Shown here: in pieces, positions 62,057-64,000 of the stretch
Position numbering within the stretch: the stretch's first letter is position 1
How the letters are laid out: the number at the start of each line of letters is the position of its first letter
Position numbers and translations under genes: made by a program
Source: Puccinia triticina
Lineage: Eukaryota
Length of the DNA: 64,000 bases
Reading direction: 5' to 3'
Assembly (NCBI GenBank): GCA_026914245.1
Contig: CP110439.1
Coordinates: forward strand, 2,976,001-3,040,000
The notes under the pieces: model-generated
The model's input: the letters and a program-made list of their open reading frames with translations, nothing else
Told to the model about the DNA's origin: nothing
The model's database searches: none

Positions 62057-63545
62057 GTTACAACTTACCATTTCTTTGTAACTCTACTCCTTCCCTGAGT
62101 TCCTGAGTTGTGACACGCATGCGCAGTTGTGACATGTAAGTGCTACCAGGCGCGCCAAACCACATGTACATATTTAATTACATAAGCAAAATGTGAAAAT
62201 GTTTGAAGTCAGGATCCCCCTTGCCTGAGGAGGATCTACAGACTTCAGCACACCAGAACCACACCCGAGATAACCCAGGATCACCACCAAAGAGATTACC
62301 ATGCTCCCAGTACACCTACCGTCACAGGCGCCTAGGATATTGACAGTAAGTAAACTCTTTCACTGAACCTTGCTTATCCAGAGTGAAGCTCTGTTTCTCT
62401 TGATTGCCTCTTCATTTCTTTAACTCTTTCAATCATCAAAGATCAGAAGGTTGTCTCTGATTAAGACCTATAAAATCAGAGCAGAGTAGTAACCCTACTT
62501 CTGAATCCCACCAACGTTTCCTTGTTGTGAGTGGAGGCTGTTGCACTCTCTTGGCCTTGCACAGCTGGCATCCAACTTTTCCAGGTTTAGAATAGCCCAG
62601 ATCAATAATTAAAAGACTTGAAGTCTAGGCCTGATCTTCTCTCTTTCTCTCTTTCTTTCTCTCCTTCTGTTTGTATTTCTTTATCCCAAGAAATCCAACC
62701 AGATTCCCCCCTTTTTTCTTGTGTCATGTAGTCACATAAGAGACTCAGGCTCACAGGGAGCACAGGCCCTCTCCATGCAAAATCCTTATTTCGAGTGTTT
62801 TTGAAGGATTTTTTTCAACTGGAAGGGATTTTGAGAAGTTACCCAAATTCTTTTGGTTTGAAAGGCACAAGCTAGTCTTCAATCTAAGCAATTTTATTGC
62901 AAATCAAGTTAAGGAAGCAAGGAATTATAGAGGTTTGGATATTCCACCCAGCCAAACTCAGATTCTTGGCATGCCAAAAAGGGGCAATAGCGCGCAAGTC
63001 CCTCCTGCGAAGGGCTGTTGGAGGCTTGCTTCGCAAGACACACGCCCGCAGCAGCGAGGGCCTTGGGTTAAGTTTGCCATGGCAGGTACCCGGGTGTGAA
63101 GTGCCCCATTTATTTCACATATTTTTGCTTTTTATTTGGAATTGGAACTTCATTGAACAATATTTTTTCTGAGAGATAACTCATCTGAAAGACCATCAAT
63201 AGAAAAATCAAGCATCAACTCTACGCTTAAAAATACTCTGCTTGCATTGTGGATAGAGGATTTGATCTCAATCAAATGAAGGCCAATCTGGCCTGAAAAC
63301 CCAAAATCATTTACAATCTGAAAGCACTGTGGTGCACTCCATGACTTCAAAATTACCCCACACTGGCAGAACAATTTGAACTTCAAACAATGTGTTCAAA
63401 GTCACCAGACATTTGGGCCTTACTAACAAAACCTTGTTTTTCAGCGGAAAAACATGGTTTGAAGACCCAGCAATGTCAAAACTGCTGTGGAAAACACGGT
63501 TTTCAGTGATTACAAAATGTTCTATATATATTTTATCCCAGTATC

Positions 63546-64000
63546 AAGGGTGTAACCGCTGCACTTCAAAAAGTGCAGCACAGCAGTTTTTGGGGCTGCT
63601 TTGCTGTGCTGATAATCAGTGGTTGGGTCACTGCGCTAACACTTTTTCATTGCACTGGAAAAAAACTTGTACTTTAGCGCGCTAAATCAGCGGCCAATCA
63701 GCATCAAACCGCTGCGCTGCCGCTGAAATCAGTTTCAAATCGCTGAATTCAGCAGCAGTGCAGCAGAAACCCCGCTGAATGCCTGCTGACCACTTTTTCA
63801 GCATGGACAATTTGAGGTCAAATGGGAGGCAGAGGGCTACCACTCAGGCAATAGTCAGCGCTGCCACCGGGGCGCTGACACCAAAAAAGCGGTCAGCAGC
63901 CGGCAGCAGCCATTCAGTGGTTTTTCTGCTGTGCCGCACTAACGCTAATCGCCAACGTTAGCGCTCTTTTCAGCGCTGCGCTAACACTGTTTGGCGGAGA
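63546..64000. repeat. CAGCG/CGCTG-rich repeat, probably the start of another non-autonomous DNA transposon
   Basis: Dense short CAGCG(G)/(C)CGCTG motifs running to the window edge; ends not established. Confidence 0.35.

Larger units (their letters stand above)
61664..62755. mobile_element. Solo LTR, family of 1687-2527
   Basis: TG...CA, TSD GGGAG; 841 bp after removing the nested 246-bp insert and one TSD copy. Confidence 0.88.
61406..63076. mobile_element. 9-bp-TSD (Mutator-like) non-autonomous element with nested LTRs
   Basis: TSD CCATGGCGG/CCATGGCAG; ends TGAACTTAAC...GTTAAGTTTG; right end homologous to 805-903. Confidence 0.6.
53746..63112. mobile_element. hAT-type MITE expanded to about 9.4 kb by nested insertions
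   Basis: Starts TAGAGATGG; exact 8-bp TSD TTTCACAT (53738-53745, 63113-63120); GGTACC-rich body as in the 31250 family; right TIR degenerate. Confidence 0.7.

Noticed and set aside
1687..62755. One giant LTR element bounded by the two homologous 841-bp LTRs
   Set aside because: Each LTR has its own TSD (ATTAC, GGGAG), so they are independent solo LTRs.

Overview
Eukaryotic genomic DNA with short GT-AG introns. Gene and transposon content suggests a basidiomycete, probably a rust fungus (inference). Five intron-containing host genes lie at 9.6-28.8 kb: a DEF1-like CUE protein, an FAD/NAD(P) oxidoreductase, an S/P-rich protein, a small coiled-coil protein and a candidate secreted protein. Most of the rest is transposon-derived and deeply nested. 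Main elements: (1) an intact Tc1-type DD34E transposon with 206-bp TIRs and a second spliced gene; (2) a young Gypsy element with a 4-bp TSD, a -1 frameshift site, one nonsense codon and an intron-containing antisense gene after pol; (3) an intact hAT-type transposase element that, like its related MITEs, has a 7-bp TSD; (4) three non-autonomous Helitrons, one carrying a captured PEP7/VAC1 fragment between double-hairpin arrays; (5) four other solo LTRs and a 246-bp LTR-like insert containing a tRNA-like cloverleaf. Two small hAT-type MITEs have been expanded to about 21.5 kb and 9.4 kb by nested insertions. All boundaries, TSDs and splice models were read by eye; no database search was run.
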